64,000 nt of DNA from a phage, in the sequence record OZ346151.1; one strand, written 5' to 3'. The notes below the pieces were generated by a model that saw only the letters and a program-made list of their open reading frames with translations, was not told where the DNA came from and made no database searches. Every line of letters starts with the position of its first letter. Within the stretch, counting starts at the first letter, position 1. This document shows, piece after piece, positions 27,979 through 36,730 of this stretch. The position numbers and the translations under genes are program-made.

Positions 27979-28069
27979 ATAGTATCACCTCTGGTAAGAG
28001 ATTGGGATTCCTTTCCCACAAATAATTACAAATCTTCCTTATCGAGGAAGTATGCTAATCCAAGCAGGA

Positions 28070-28339
28070 TTATTCCTCTACAATCTCATACACATCAGGA
28101 GTTACAATCAACTCTTCTCCGTTACCCGGTGCAACAAACACCACCAAACCTTCAGGTGTGTGCTTTTTAGCCATCTCGATAACATCTTCTCGCAGAGCTG
28201 GCTCCATCAGATCAAAACCTTCACCCAGGGCATCACGAACCACCTTCATATAGTCAACTGGTTGTGCTTCAACAATCATGCCTTCAACCAGTCCACAGTT
28301 TTTGTCTGCCAGCTCAGTTTTGAATAATTTAATTTTCAT
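28070..28339 (-). CDS. small acidic protein, tandem paralog family
   Basis: MKIKLFKTEL start; C-terminus YEIVEE. Confidence 0.55.
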   Translation of the reverse strand: MKIKLFKTELADKNCGLVEGMIVEAQPVDYMKVVRDALGEGFDLMEPALREDVIEMAKKHTPEGLVVFVAPGNGEELIVTPDVYEIVEE

Positions 28340-28476
28340 TTAGAGGTCTCCTCAATTATTTGATATTAATAGCCGTAACCTAACACATTAACTACAACTG
28401 CGATTGCAAACATAATTTCAAAGCATGCAATCTCTACATTTGGGACTAATTTCTTAATCACACCCATTGTAGCACC

Positions 28477-28797
28477 TCATTCTCCAAAGTCAATCTTTAC
28501 TTTGCCTTTCCCCTTACCTTTCTTTCCACCGCATTTAGCCAGCTGACGTGCTGCAACATCTACCATACGGTCAGTTGCCTCGTAAGCATCACTGCCTTTA
28601 GCCTTGGCAATAACTTCTTTTCCAGAATTGTCAAAAATGAACGCCATAACTTCCTGGTGATCATTTTCAACTTTTACACTTACACGTGCATAGTTAACAG
28701 AGGGATGTAAACGCTCCAGCTTGGACATTTTGCGGGAAATAAAAGATACCATACCTTCTGTGATTTCTACATTGTTGCCAGTGATTTCAATTTGCAT
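28477..28797 (-). CDS. hpf: ribosome hibernation promoting factor / YfiA (RaiA) family homolog
   Basis: N-terminus MQIEITGNNVEITEGM... closely matches E. coli HPF MQLNITGNNVEITEAL (from memory); size ~106 aa; basic C-terminal tail. Confidence 0.7.
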   Translation of the reverse strand: MQIEITGNNVEITEGMVSFISRKMSKLERLHPSVNYARVSVKVENDHQEVMAFIFDNSGKEVIAKAKGSDAYEATDRMVDVAARQLAKCGGKKGKGKGKVKIDFGE

Positions 28798-28845
28798 AAC
28801 GTGTTCCTTTTAAGGAAGAGGGAATAACTATCTCTCTTTGAAAAC

Positions 28846-28875
28846 AATGATACTAAATCTGAAGCGTTGTGTCAA
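28846..28875 (-). promoter_or_regulatory. possible sigma70-like promoter (minus strand) upstream of hpf
   Basis: Minus-strand TTGACA; -10 assignment weak. Confidence 0.35.
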
Positions 28876-28881
28876 CAGTTT

Positions 28882-29172
28882 TTACAGCTTGTTGTCGATA
28901 GTTTTTAAAATATCCACAGCAAGATCTGCCATTTTTCGAACATACTCTGCAAACTCAACAGGATCCTTGATCAAAGAATTCACAGGGTCGTACCCTAGAG
29001 CGTTTAAAATGGCTGCAGCATCTACAACCTTCTCATCATTTGCGAAGATCTCTCCGTCAAACTTGTAGGTCCATTTTGAGTCAACCTTAGCAGAGCAGGG
29101 TTTGTCCATGCTTGTTACACCATCGTCTTTAAACTCTCCTGCGTTATCAATATTTAGAATTAAATCCATCAT
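28882..29172 (-). CDS. hypothetical protein
   Basis: Strand-consistent ORF. Confidence 0.5.
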   Translation of the reverse strand: MMDLILNIDNAGEFKDDGVTSMDKPCSAKVDSKWTYKFDGEIFANDEKVVDAAAILNALGYDPVNSLIKDPVEFAEYVRKMADLAVDILKTIDNKL

Positions 29173-29189
29173 GGTGACACCTCACTGTT

Positions 29190-29588
29190 TCAGTTTAGCT
29201 TTTCTTCAACAACCCCATAACTTGGGGCAGAGTCAAGAGCTTTCTGGTTTAAAAGTGGCGTAGCAGAATCTGCAAACGGTGTCCAAGTTTTTGTTCTGGA
29301 ATTCCAGTAATGCTTCACTCTGGAATCTGGATGCACTATAACAAAAACTTTTTCACTTGTCAACACATTAATTTCTTCTACACCCTTGCTGATAATTTCT
29401 CCGTCATAGCCCCCAGTCTGGTATCCTTCGTACCAGGTTCTTGCATAGGCATAGCCAGCCTGCCAGCATGCAGCCTCCTCCGAGGTGGAGACTACGTAGA
29501 AGTCTTTCTCAAATTCCGGAATACGCCCTTGCTTTACGCTCCAAGCTCCGCGAATTTTCATTGTTACTTTGAAAAGCTTGTTCTTCAT
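29190..29588 (-). CDS. hypothetical protein (paralog of 26983-27378)
   Basis: KVFVIVHPDSRVKHYWNSRTKTWTPF similar to KKFVMRHPHSNIAYYWDVLNNEWTP. Confidence 0.55.
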   Translation of the reverse strand: MKNKLFKVTMKIRGAWSVKQGRIPEFEKDFYVVSTSEEAACWQAGYAYARTWYEGYQTGGYDGEIISKGVEEINVLTSEKVFVIVHPDSRVKHYWNSRTKTWTPFADSATPLLNQKALDSAPSYGVVEEKLN

Positions 29589-29589
29589 A

Positions 29590-29844
29590 CTACCGCTCTA
29601 CAATCTCTACGTCTGTTCCTACACCGAAGGCATAGTAATGTTCTTCCCCAAAGTAATACTTGGGGACACCCGCTTTGATCAGATCTAACCCGCGAATAAA
29701 TACCACACCGTGTGATACAGTGGAATGCTTCTGACGCACAGGATCGTTGTCAGGCAACCATTCAAAGTACACCGCAGGTACAACCTTTCCCTTCAGGAAG
29801 GATTGTCCCAAGTAGACGTTAGAATCAAGAATTTTAACCTTCAT
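29590..29844 (-). CDS. small acidic protein, tandem paralog family
   Basis: MKVKILDSNVYLGQ...GKVV...IRGLDLIKAG...VEIVER. Confidence 0.6.
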   Translation of the reverse strand: MKVKILDSNVYLGQSFLKGKVVPAVYFEWLPDNDPVRQKHSTVSHGVVFIRGLDLIKAGVPKYYFGEEHYYAFGVGTDVEIVER

Positions 29845-30061
29845 TCTCGTCCTCCACTATCTCTGCATCCTCACCAAGGGCAAAGTTGTAGGTCCACTGG
29901 CTGTCAAAGCAGTCCTGAGATGCACCAGCGGCAATAAGATCTGCACCTTTTATTTTTAAAAGGTCAGGATAATCTTCGTTAGGGATAGCGGTAAACACTT
30001 TCCCCACTAAGGGCTCCTGACCAATATAGAAGCTTGAATCTAAAACTTTAACTTTCATCAA
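29834..30061 (-). CDS. small acidic protein, tandem paralog family
   Basis: MMKVKVLDSSFYIGQ...GKVF...IKGADLIAAG...AEIVEDENEG. Confidence 0.6.
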   Translation of the reverse strand: MMKVKVLDSSFYIGQEPLVGKVFTAIPNEDYPDLLKIKGADLIAAGASQDCFDSQWTYNFALGEDAEIVEDENEG

Positions 30062-30345
30062 CGGTCTCCCTCAGGCGGTTGTGGGACGTAAACACTGTTA
30101 CGAATATCGTCAGCAGTGTAGTAATAAGTGGTTCCAACCCTATCTCGGGCTGCAATGTACTCTGCTATACCAACAAGTGCCATTGATTTGGTGGCGTATC
30201 TTCCCCACTCGTTAGCTCCCCAGTAGAATTTAGACCAGTAGGGAATAAGACCGAACAAATATACCTTTTGACGAACTTCCCAGTAAGTGCCTTTTCCGAC
30301 AAGTTTAAACTCTACTTCACTACTGTTAATCTTTTTCATTATCAA
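30058..30345 (-). CDS. hypothetical protein
   Basis: Strand-consistent ORF. Confidence 0.5.
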   Translation of the reverse strand: MIMKKINSSEVEFKLVGKGTYWEVRQKVYLFGLIPYWSKFYWGANEWGRYATKSMALVGIAEYIAARDRVGTTYYYTADDIRNSVYVPQPPEGDR

Positions 30346-30638
30346 TCTCCCTCTACCGTGGTCGGATTGTCAGTAAGAAATTGAGCATTGGCTGGAGGCA
30401 CGCCTGACATTTTCCACACAACCATAAGTTTATAACCAGGCACTCTATTAAGTGCAGATCGAGTAGAGTTTGTGCACGTATACTTTCGCTTTCCAAACCC
30501 GTTCTCCATCATAATCCAGTACCCAGTATCTTTGTCACCAGGTATCGGTAGACCACCTTCATCAACCCACTGAATTGACCACGGCACGATGGCTACAGCT
30601 TTATATTTAAACTTTTTAAACCACTCAAAAAGTTTCAT
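30342..30638 (-). CDS. hypothetical protein
   Basis: Strand-consistent ORF. Confidence 0.5.
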   Translation of the reverse strand: MKLFEWFKKFKYKAVAIVPWSIQWVDEGGLPIPGDKDTGYWIMMENGFGKRKYTCTNSTRSALNRVPGYKLMVVWKMSGVPPANAQFLTDNPTTVEGD

Positions 30639-30938
30639 AATTCAGCCCCGCATAGACATAATCACTATAAATAGGCAAACAATGAATCCGAATGCCACGC
30701 CACCCATAAACGTTAATATTGATGCAATCATAGTCAATCAGCCTCGCCTGGCAACTCTTCTACCTTAACATGCCGAAAAGTGTTACCGTAATGGTTGATC
30801 CATGACATCAGCTCACTTTCTTGCTCTTCCTCTGGGATGAACTCTCGAATACTGACAAGTTTTAAGAAAACCTAATCACAATCTGCACCCATTCTACCAG
30901 ACAGACAATAGTGCTTCATAAAAACCCTCCCGCCCGGT

Positions 30939-31133
30939 TTAGAATATTGCTTCTTCCATTGCGCCTGAGAGCAACAAAGAGGTGATCTGGCTAACATTCA
31001 TCTCAGACTCTACTTCCTCCCCTTTGAAAGGTTCGCGGCAGAATAGGACTGTTTCAGGACTTTTACTTCGAACAATATAATACAAATCATTCAATGTGTT
31101 GTAGTAATAAGTGTTAAAACGTAAGTTTTTCAT
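30939..31133 (-). CDS. hypothetical protein
   Basis: Strand-consistent ORF. Confidence 0.45.
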   Translation of the reverse strand: MKNLRFNTYYYNTLNDLYYIVRSKSPETVLFCREPFKGEEVESEMNVSQITSLLLSGAMEEAIF

Positions 31134-31417
31134 TTTCTAGTCCTCTTCTTAGATTTTTGGGGAGAAACGCTTTCTGCAATACGAGACAGACGTTCTTCTG
31201 AAGCCTTACCTACTCCAGGTTTTTTGAGTGGATTATCTTTATGACCACAATCCAACTGGATATTGGATACCTCTCCAACTTTGTAAGTCAATTCTAGCAA
31301 AAGGTTGTCGTCCTTGTCAAATGTTTTTACGATAAATTTTTTATCGTTCTCCTGAACTTCATATCTGGTACCTGCAGTATACAGCATGGTGCCATCAGCA
31401 TAGGATATCCAGATCAT
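31130..31417 (-). CDS. hypothetical protein
   Basis: Strand-consistent ORF. Confidence 0.5.
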   Translation of the reverse strand: MIWISYADGTMLYTAGTRYEVQENDKKFIVKTFDKDDNLLLELTYKVGEVSNIQLDCGHKDNPLKKPGVGKASEERLSRIAESVSPQKSKKRTRK

Positions 31418-31761
31418 TGAGCCTCCTTTTGCTGCAACAGCATTAACTCTTTGTTAGAGATCTTTACTGCTGTTTTTATTGTTCCATCTTCACGAAACCA
31501 CGACCAGAACTCTACAGTGTCACCACTATCAAGTAAAGCATGCCCATGGTAAAAATCTTTGTCCTTAGACAGTTTCTCATCTATATCTGCATCAACACAT
31601 TCGTGATCCAGAGCATTTTGCCTGAACGCATCGGTTATGCCAATGCACGCCTTGCTCTCAAGACTGGTATATCCGATATCTTTTAATTCAGTTTCCCAAG
31701 TCCAGTACCCTATAAAAGCTAAAACAGCTACCCACAGTAATAACGTTTTAATCTTTGGCAT
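31414..31761 (-). CDS. hypothetical protein with N-terminal signal/TM segment
   Basis: N-terminus MPKIKTLLLWVAVLAFIGYWTW hydrophobic. Confidence 0.5.
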   Translation of the reverse strand: MPKIKTLLLWVAVLAFIGYWTWETELKDIGYTSLESKACIGITDAFRQNALDHECVDADIDEKLSKDKDFYHGHALLDSGDTVEFWSWFREDGTIKTAVKISNKELMLLQQKEAQ

Positions 31762-31823
31762 TCTCTCTACCTCTTTCTTAGTTTATTTCACTATGGCACA
31801 TCCTTTGTGCCATATCTCAACTA

Positions 31824-32294
31824 CTACTTAAATAGTAGTTCAAAATAGTGCAAAATTAACAGAAGTTGAACTACACCTAGTGCAACGGCGAGTATGTTAA
31901 TCTTAGAATCGAAAAACTTCTTAACTTTTACTCTAAAAGGTTCCTTAATGTCCTTTACGATCCTATCTATAGATGACCTCATATCTCTGATTACCATCCT
32001 GAACATTAAAGACGGATGCTCCCCCATCTCCGTAACGGAATCGAAAACATACTCTCTTCGGTCATAAGGGCCGCCAGCTCTGCGTATTAACCTCTCCACA
32101 GAGACCTCGAACGTCACACCTGTAACGTAATCATCTATAACAAGTCGTGACGGGTCTTTACCTTTACTATCAAGAGGTATCAAAGTTATCTTTCCAGATT
32201 TTGTTAAAATTTCCCCTTTTTCAAGCAAGGTGTACCAATGCTCTCTGCCAAGACTGTTGAGGCACGTTTTTACATATTTAACAAACATCGTCAC
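31824..32294 (-). CDS. hypothetical protein with C-terminal TM segment
   Basis: C-terminal LAVALGVVQLLLILHYF hydrophobic. Confidence 0.5.
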   Translation of the reverse strand: MTMFVKYVKTCLNSLGREHWYTLLEKGEILTKSGKITLIPLDSKGKDPSRLVIDDYVTGVTFEVSVERLIRRAGGPYDRREYVFDSVTEMGEHPSLMFRMVIRDMRSSIDRIVKDIKEPFRVKVKKFFDSKINILAVALGVVQLLLILHYFELLFK

Positions 32295-32494
32295 CCCTCA
32301 TCGCACGTCTGATATAACCACTCTATAAAATCTTGATACCATTCGCCCTCTGAGCGCTCCGTAGGCCAATAATCTTCACCCTCTCGTGCATTAAAATCTG
32401 AGTATTCAACTTTCCACTCCTTTACCAGCTCGTGGAGAAGGTTTTCAGCCTGCTCTAAAGATTTATTTTTTACCATTGCTGTCTCCTTTTTCAA
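32291..32494 (-). CDS. hypothetical protein
   Basis: Strand-consistent ORF. Confidence 0.45.
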   Translation of the reverse strand: MKKETAMVKNKSLEQAENLLHELVKEWKVEYSDFNAREGEDYWPTERSEGEWYQDFIEWLYQTCDEG

Positions 32495-32695
32495 GATAGT
32501 TATACATCAGAACTGCACCACCTAAGATGGCTACCAGTAACAATATCCCAGATAGCATCTCAATAAACATGGCTTGAAACACTGGAAGGTCTCCCTAAAT
32601 TAACGCACCATTTTAAATACATGCTCTTTTCCCATAAAGGTGCCTGGCTAAGATCTGCGTAGAACGCAATCTCTTTAAGAACAGTATAGATAGTT

Positions 32696-32923
32696 TTAGG
32701 TGCGGTCTCCATCCCTACTCTCCTTCCTGATATTCTTGTAGTAATCAACTAGGCACATTATTACGATGAAGATAACAACAGGCCAAAAAGGTGCAGCAGT
32801 GATGATGGTGATAAAATCATCAAACTTCACCCTTCGTCTGGACACGATGCATACACCTGTCAAGAATACCGCTGTTATAACGGACATTACCAGGTAACCT
32901 ATTAGCACAACATTTATACTCAT
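32696..32923 (-). CDS. hypothetical small membrane protein (two TM helices)
   Basis: Two hydrophobic stretches, charged C-terminus (holin-like topology, unproven). Confidence 0.5.
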   Translation of the reverse strand: MSINVVLIGYLVMSVITAVFLTGVCIVSRRRVKFDDFITIITAAPFWPVVIFIVIMCLVDYYKNIRKESRDGDRT

Positions 32924-32953
32924 TGGTCCTCCCTTTGTAGGTTAAATTGTATA

Positions 32954-33487
32954 CTACAAATGGTCGCTGAGGGTGTCAAGAAAATTATCCCGTTCTTTCT
33001 CAGAGTTTTCATGTGTGTAGCTGAAAAACATATCGAGAATAACCTTATTGATATATTCCAGCTCCTCTGTGTTCAGATGCTTAGCAGGATCTACAATGAC
33101 ATCCCAAATATCATACAGACCGCACTCATGATACCCATAACGCCACTCAATTGTCAAGCTGAGCGGCAAATCTTTACCTTCACAAACAACCTTCCATCTA
33201 CATATGTTGGTATCTGGTCGTACCTGTGCACGGTACACCTGCACAAAATCCAATTTGAATTTGAGGTACTCGTCATACAATTTAAGCACAAAGCTCTCGA
33301 TTTGTGGAGACACTTTTGCAGCAAACTGTGCGTATTCGTACTTGCACTGGATGATCTTTCTGCGTTTTGCAGTTAAATTTTTTGCCGCCAGTTGTTCTTC
33401 AGTGTATCTCCACCTACGATCAACAAACGCAACAGGGTCTTTGTCCCCATAGAGGTCTTCCCAGTTAATCAGAAGCATACCTGTCAC
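32954..33487 (-). CDS. hypothetical protein
   Basis: Strand-consistent ORF. Confidence 0.5.
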   Translation of the reverse strand: MTGMLLINWEDLYGDKDPVAFVDRRWRYTEEQLAAKNLTAKRRKIIQCKYEYAQFAAKVSPQIESFVLKLYDEYLKFKLDFVQVYRAQVRPDTNICRWKVVCEGKDLPLSLTIEWRYGYHECGLYDIWDVIVDPAKHLNTEELEYINKVILDMFFSYTHENSEKERDNFLDTLSDHL

Positions 33488-33717
33488 TCCTCCACAACTT
33501 CAAGGCCTTTACCGCCTCGCTCTGGCAGATTACTTAAAGATAGGTAATACATATAATCAGGAGAGATCCTGCCAGACTCTGCACCTGCAGCTAGTAAATC
33601 CTTCCCTTTAACCAGGACAACATTCTCGTTTGCAGATAGCCGTTTTGCTTCCACAATTTTACCAACACAGTCAACCAAGGAAGGGTACCCTAAATCTGTA
33701 AGAAATTTAACTTTCAT
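33484..33717 (-). CDS. small acidic protein, tandem paralog family
   Basis: MKVKFLTDLGYP...GKIV...VKGKDLLAAG...LEVVEE. Confidence 0.6.
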   Translation of the reverse strand: MKVKFLTDLGYPSLVDCVGKIVEAKRLSANENVVLVKGKDLLAAGAESGRISPDYMYYLSLSNLPERGGKGLEVVEE

Positions 33718-33754
33718 GCTACCTCCTACCTACCGTCCCTGGTAAGATAAATTA

Positions 33755-34153
33755 TTACTGAACAGAGCGCGGTGCTGGGAAGGATAACTCTTCTAAAGAG
33801 AAGATTTCATTTCCTACCACCCAAGTTGCTGGGTCATCTGGATCAACAGGTTGGATAATCATTACCTCATCCGCCTCGCACACACGTTTCCCACCCATAG
33901 TAGCGTCAGCCACTAACATACGCGGCTCTTCAGAAATGCACAGGTAGCCACCTCGGCCCACTGTTCCTTCCACGGGATCCTGCCCTTTGACCACAATGAA
34001 TACCTTCTCTCCTGTGGCGATATTACTTTTCACACTAACAGTTTGACCAACTTTAGATGTACCGATCTTGGTGGCTTCAAACATTAAATCCCGAATTACT
34101 GTTGCATAGTTGCCGGACACTTTCTTACCTTCTTTAGTAATCTCAATCTTCAT
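33755..34153 (-). CDS. hypothetical protein (possible distant family member)
   Basis: MKIEITKEG start; VVKGQD core. Confidence 0.45.
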   Translation of the reverse strand: MKIEITKEGKKVSGNYATVIRDLMFEATKIGTSKVGQTVSVKSNIATGEKVFIVVKGQDPVEGTVGRGGYLCISEEPRMLVADATMGGKRVCEADEVMIIQPVDPDDPATWVVGNEIFSLEELSFPAPRSVQ

Positions 34154-34422
34154 AACCTAGGCTCCTTAAATGAATCTATGTAATCAATTAAATCCCAAGC
34201 ATCGCGATGGGCTGTCAGAGGGTATACTTCTCCGAGAGGGATCATAGCAATAAGTCTATCAAAAACCCAGTCTGGACGCAACATTTTATGGTGATATTCC
34301 CACTCACCTTCCACAGATTTTTTCTGAGTGATCAGGATCTCTGTGTAGTGTTTCGCCTGTCTTGAGTAGATTGAAAATGACTTGTACATAAAGACCCCCT
34401 CTTGTTGAAAACAACAATACAC
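34150..34422 (-). CDS. hypothetical protein
   Basis: Strand-consistent ORF. Confidence 0.5.
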   Translation of the reverse strand: MYCCFQQEGVFMYKSFSIYSRQAKHYTEILITQKKSVEGEWEYHHKMLRPDWVFDRLIAMIPLGEVYPLTAHRDAWDLIDYIDSFKEPRL

Positions 34423-34424
34423 AA

Positions 34425-34709
34425 CTACCAGGTTACTGTCAAGTAGGCAACCGTATTATTTTTCTCTGGGGAGATGCCAACAACATCTACCTGCAGACCT
34501 CCTGCCCTTAAATCTCCAACAATGTGCGGGAAGTAATCTGAGAGATGCGAGGGTAGATTTATCGAAAATCCGCACCCCAGAAAGCCTGCTAACGCTTTAT
34601 TTTGTATCTCCCCTACAATCGCATCATAAATGGAGTTAAGCTCGTCAGGGAGCGTTACAGGACGTTTTAGCGCTAACTGGTGTAATTTGTCCTTAGCACT
34701 CATTTTCAT
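34425..34709 (-). CDS. hypothetical protein
   Basis: Start set at internal Met near upstream stop. Confidence 0.45.
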   Translation of the reverse strand: MKMSAKDKLHQLALKRPVTLPDELNSIYDAIVGEIQNKALAGFLGCGFSINLPSHLSDYFPHIVGDLRAGGLQVDVVGISPEKNNTVAYLTVTW

Positions 34710-35239
34710 TTCAGGTCTACCTCTGGTGGTGCCAACCACATAAATGGCGGCAAGCCTAAACGGTTTTTCTTATCCCACACAAAATATGCATATGCTTGCC
34801 CGTCAGTTCTGCCATTTGATTGAAAAGATGGACGCTTAGATATTGTGATCACAGTGGTAGGTGCATTATCAAGCCACCATTCAAATCTGGCTTTGCTTTC
34901 CAGAAAATTAAGACGCAAAAGCATAATAACTACGTCAGCATCTTTCAACGCCTTGTCTACAAACTCACGAGCCAAACTGTATGGTGGGTTGGTGATAATA
35001 CAGTCAACATGGTTGTATTCTGTATTCAGATAGTCAACACCTTCTTGGATTTCTCCCCATGCAGATCCTAACGGCATACGGGAGTAGAACACACCTGAGG
35101 CACTATTCCTGCAAGGCTCTAAGTAGGTCCAGTCTTCTGGGAACGGAATAAGGTCATACAGCCCTTCTGCACACCACTCCGGTGTCACATACTCATCGTA
35201 GGCGTTACGTTGTTCATCAGGTTTTCGAGCACAAGTCAT
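34706..35239 (-). CDS. DNA methyltransferase (amino-methyltransferase, NPPY motif)
   Basis: Motif IV IITNPPYS; motif I-like LEPCRNSASGVFY; 177 aa. Confidence 0.65.
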   Translation of the reverse strand: MTCARKPDEQRNAYDEYVTPEWCAEGLYDLIPFPEDWTYLEPCRNSASGVFYSRMPLGSAWGEIQEGVDYLNTEYNHVDCIITNPPYSLAREFVDKALKDADVVIMLLRLNFLESKARFEWWLDNAPTTVITISKRPSFQSNGRTDGQAYAYFVWDKKNRLGLPPFMWLAPPEVDLK

Positions 35240-35249
35240 GCAAATCTCC

Positions 35250-35280
35250 AGATCATAAAAGCCCTCCGAAGAGGGCTTTA
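35250..35280 (-). terminator. rho-independent terminator (bidirectional hairpin)
   Basis: AAAGCCCTC-CGAA-GAGGGCTTT with flanking T/A runs. Confidence 0.6.
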
Positions 35281-35290
35281 GAATTAATGT

Positions 35291-36340
35291 TTAAGCTTCT
35301 TCGACAATTCCTGCACCCAGGATTTTTTCATTGAGCTCTTTTGCTGTTTTAATAATATTGTCCACCAGACGCTTGCGAGTCTTATCTTTTACCTTAACCT
35401 CTTCACCGCCGTTCAGGGTTGTCTTCAATTGGGACAGAATGTCTTGAAGTTCAACGACAGAGAATCGCTGCAGATCTTCTGAGGTAATCTCGCCTAAGGC
35501 AATCTTAACGGTCTCACCACTTTCCATCTGCAGGTTCAGGAACACAGTGTGAACATCACCTTTCGAACCACCCGCTTTTGCAGATTCAACAGCATGAACT
35601 AGCTCATCTAAAGAGGTGCACTGGTGAATCTCCGGAAGACCTGCTTCACCTAGCACACCTTCTTCATCACCTTTTGCCAAAAGCTTTTTAGGTTTTTGTC
35701 CGTTCTGGATGCGTTGTATGTTGCCTTCATCCAGAATGATAGCTCCAGTTCGAGCTGCCAGCTCCTCTCCGTCCAACCACACTTCGCCACCCGCTGTGAT
35801 GGATGCGATCTCATCTTCTGTCAGCACCCAACCGTAGTATTTTTCGATCAGGCGTTCGAAACGTTTTTTCCAGTAGCTGACCTGAGTATTCATGTTCACA
35901 CCATTGCCATAAGTGCCGCCTTGATAGTAGTGGAACATAAACTCTGTGTCCGGAGCCACAGTGCGTTCTTTGCAACCCAGCCATAGGATTGTTCCAGCAG
36001 AGCAGCACATCCCTTCAGCATGTGCAACAACGCTTGCCTGAGACTCGCGGAATGCCTGTAGATAAGCCATTGCAATGTGCACGCAACCCCCAGGGCTATT
36101 GATGATCACACGAATGCTTTCTTCCGGCTGAGCCATACGGATCGTCTGCAGACGAGACATATGATCCTGCAGGTCCTCCAAATCGTCGATATAAAGAACG
36201 TGGTCAACAACAGGTGTTGGGTAGCTGTATGTTTCCATAATACCACCCGGCATACCAAACATTTTATTACTCATAGGTTCGAAACCGTTCTGTTTTTCTT
36301 TCATGCCGTGTACCATGGTTCTGCGAGGTGTTAAATTCAT
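35291..36340 (-). CDS. ClpP-family serine peptidase with C-terminal extension
   Basis: INSPGG motif; Ser in GMCCSAG and His in MFHYYQGG at ClpP-equivalent positions. Confidence 0.65.
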   Translation of the reverse strand: MNLTPRRTMVHGMKEKQNGFEPMSNKMFGMPGGIMETYSYPTPVVDHVLYIDDLEDLQDHMSRLQTIRMAQPEESIRVIINSPGGCVHIAMAYLQAFRESQASVVAHAEGMCCSAGTILWLGCKERTVAPDTEFMFHYYQGGTYGNGVNMNTQVSYWKKRFERLIEKYYGWVLTEDEIASITAGGEVWLDGEELAARTGAIILDEGNIQRIQNGQKPKKLLAKGDEEGVLGEAGLPEIHQCTSLDELVHAVESAKAGGSKGDVHTVFLNLQMESGETVKIALGEITSEDLQRFSVVELQDILSQLKTTLNGGEEVKVKDKTRKRLVDNIIKTAKELNEKILGAGIVEEA

Positions 36341-36400
36341 GAGAAATCCTTAATATTGGAAGTTGAAAGCTATTTATTTAAACCTGATTCACATTTACCT

Positions 36401-36712
36401 TTATTTAGCAATCACTATGGAATACTTACGATTGTCAGAAGCATCACAACTCAATGATTGCCAGTCTACCACATACCACGTATCATTGTCAACAATTACT
36501 TTATCGCCTGTTCTGTAGCAAGTGCTGCTTTCAATAATTCGAGACTCGATAAAGAATCTGTGTCGGCGCTCACGTAGCAACGCTAAGTTAATTATATTAC
36601 CACCGCTGTCCTTGGTCCACACATTCTTGGATCCCTTATTTGCCAAAATTGTCTCGCCGTTATAGACAAACAGGCAGTATATTTTATTCAGTTTCTCTTG
36701 TATTGTAGCCAT
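36401..36712 (-). CDS. hypothetical protein
   Basis: Follows minus-strand promoter 36731-36759. Confidence 0.5.
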   Translation of the reverse strand: MATIQEKLNKIYCLFVYNGETILANKGSKNVWTKDSGGNIINLALLRERRHRFFIESRIIESSTCYRTGDKVIVDNDTWYVVDWQSLSCDASDNRKYSIVIAK

Positions 36713-36730
36713 ACTGTCCTTCTCTCTGTT

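Noticed and set aside
36276-36286. tRNA-like T-loop sequence GGTTCGAAACC
   Set aside because: Lies inside the ClpP-like coding sequence with no flanking acceptor or D-arm structure; no convincing tRNA found anywhere in the window by eye (a tRNAscan-SE run would be definitive).
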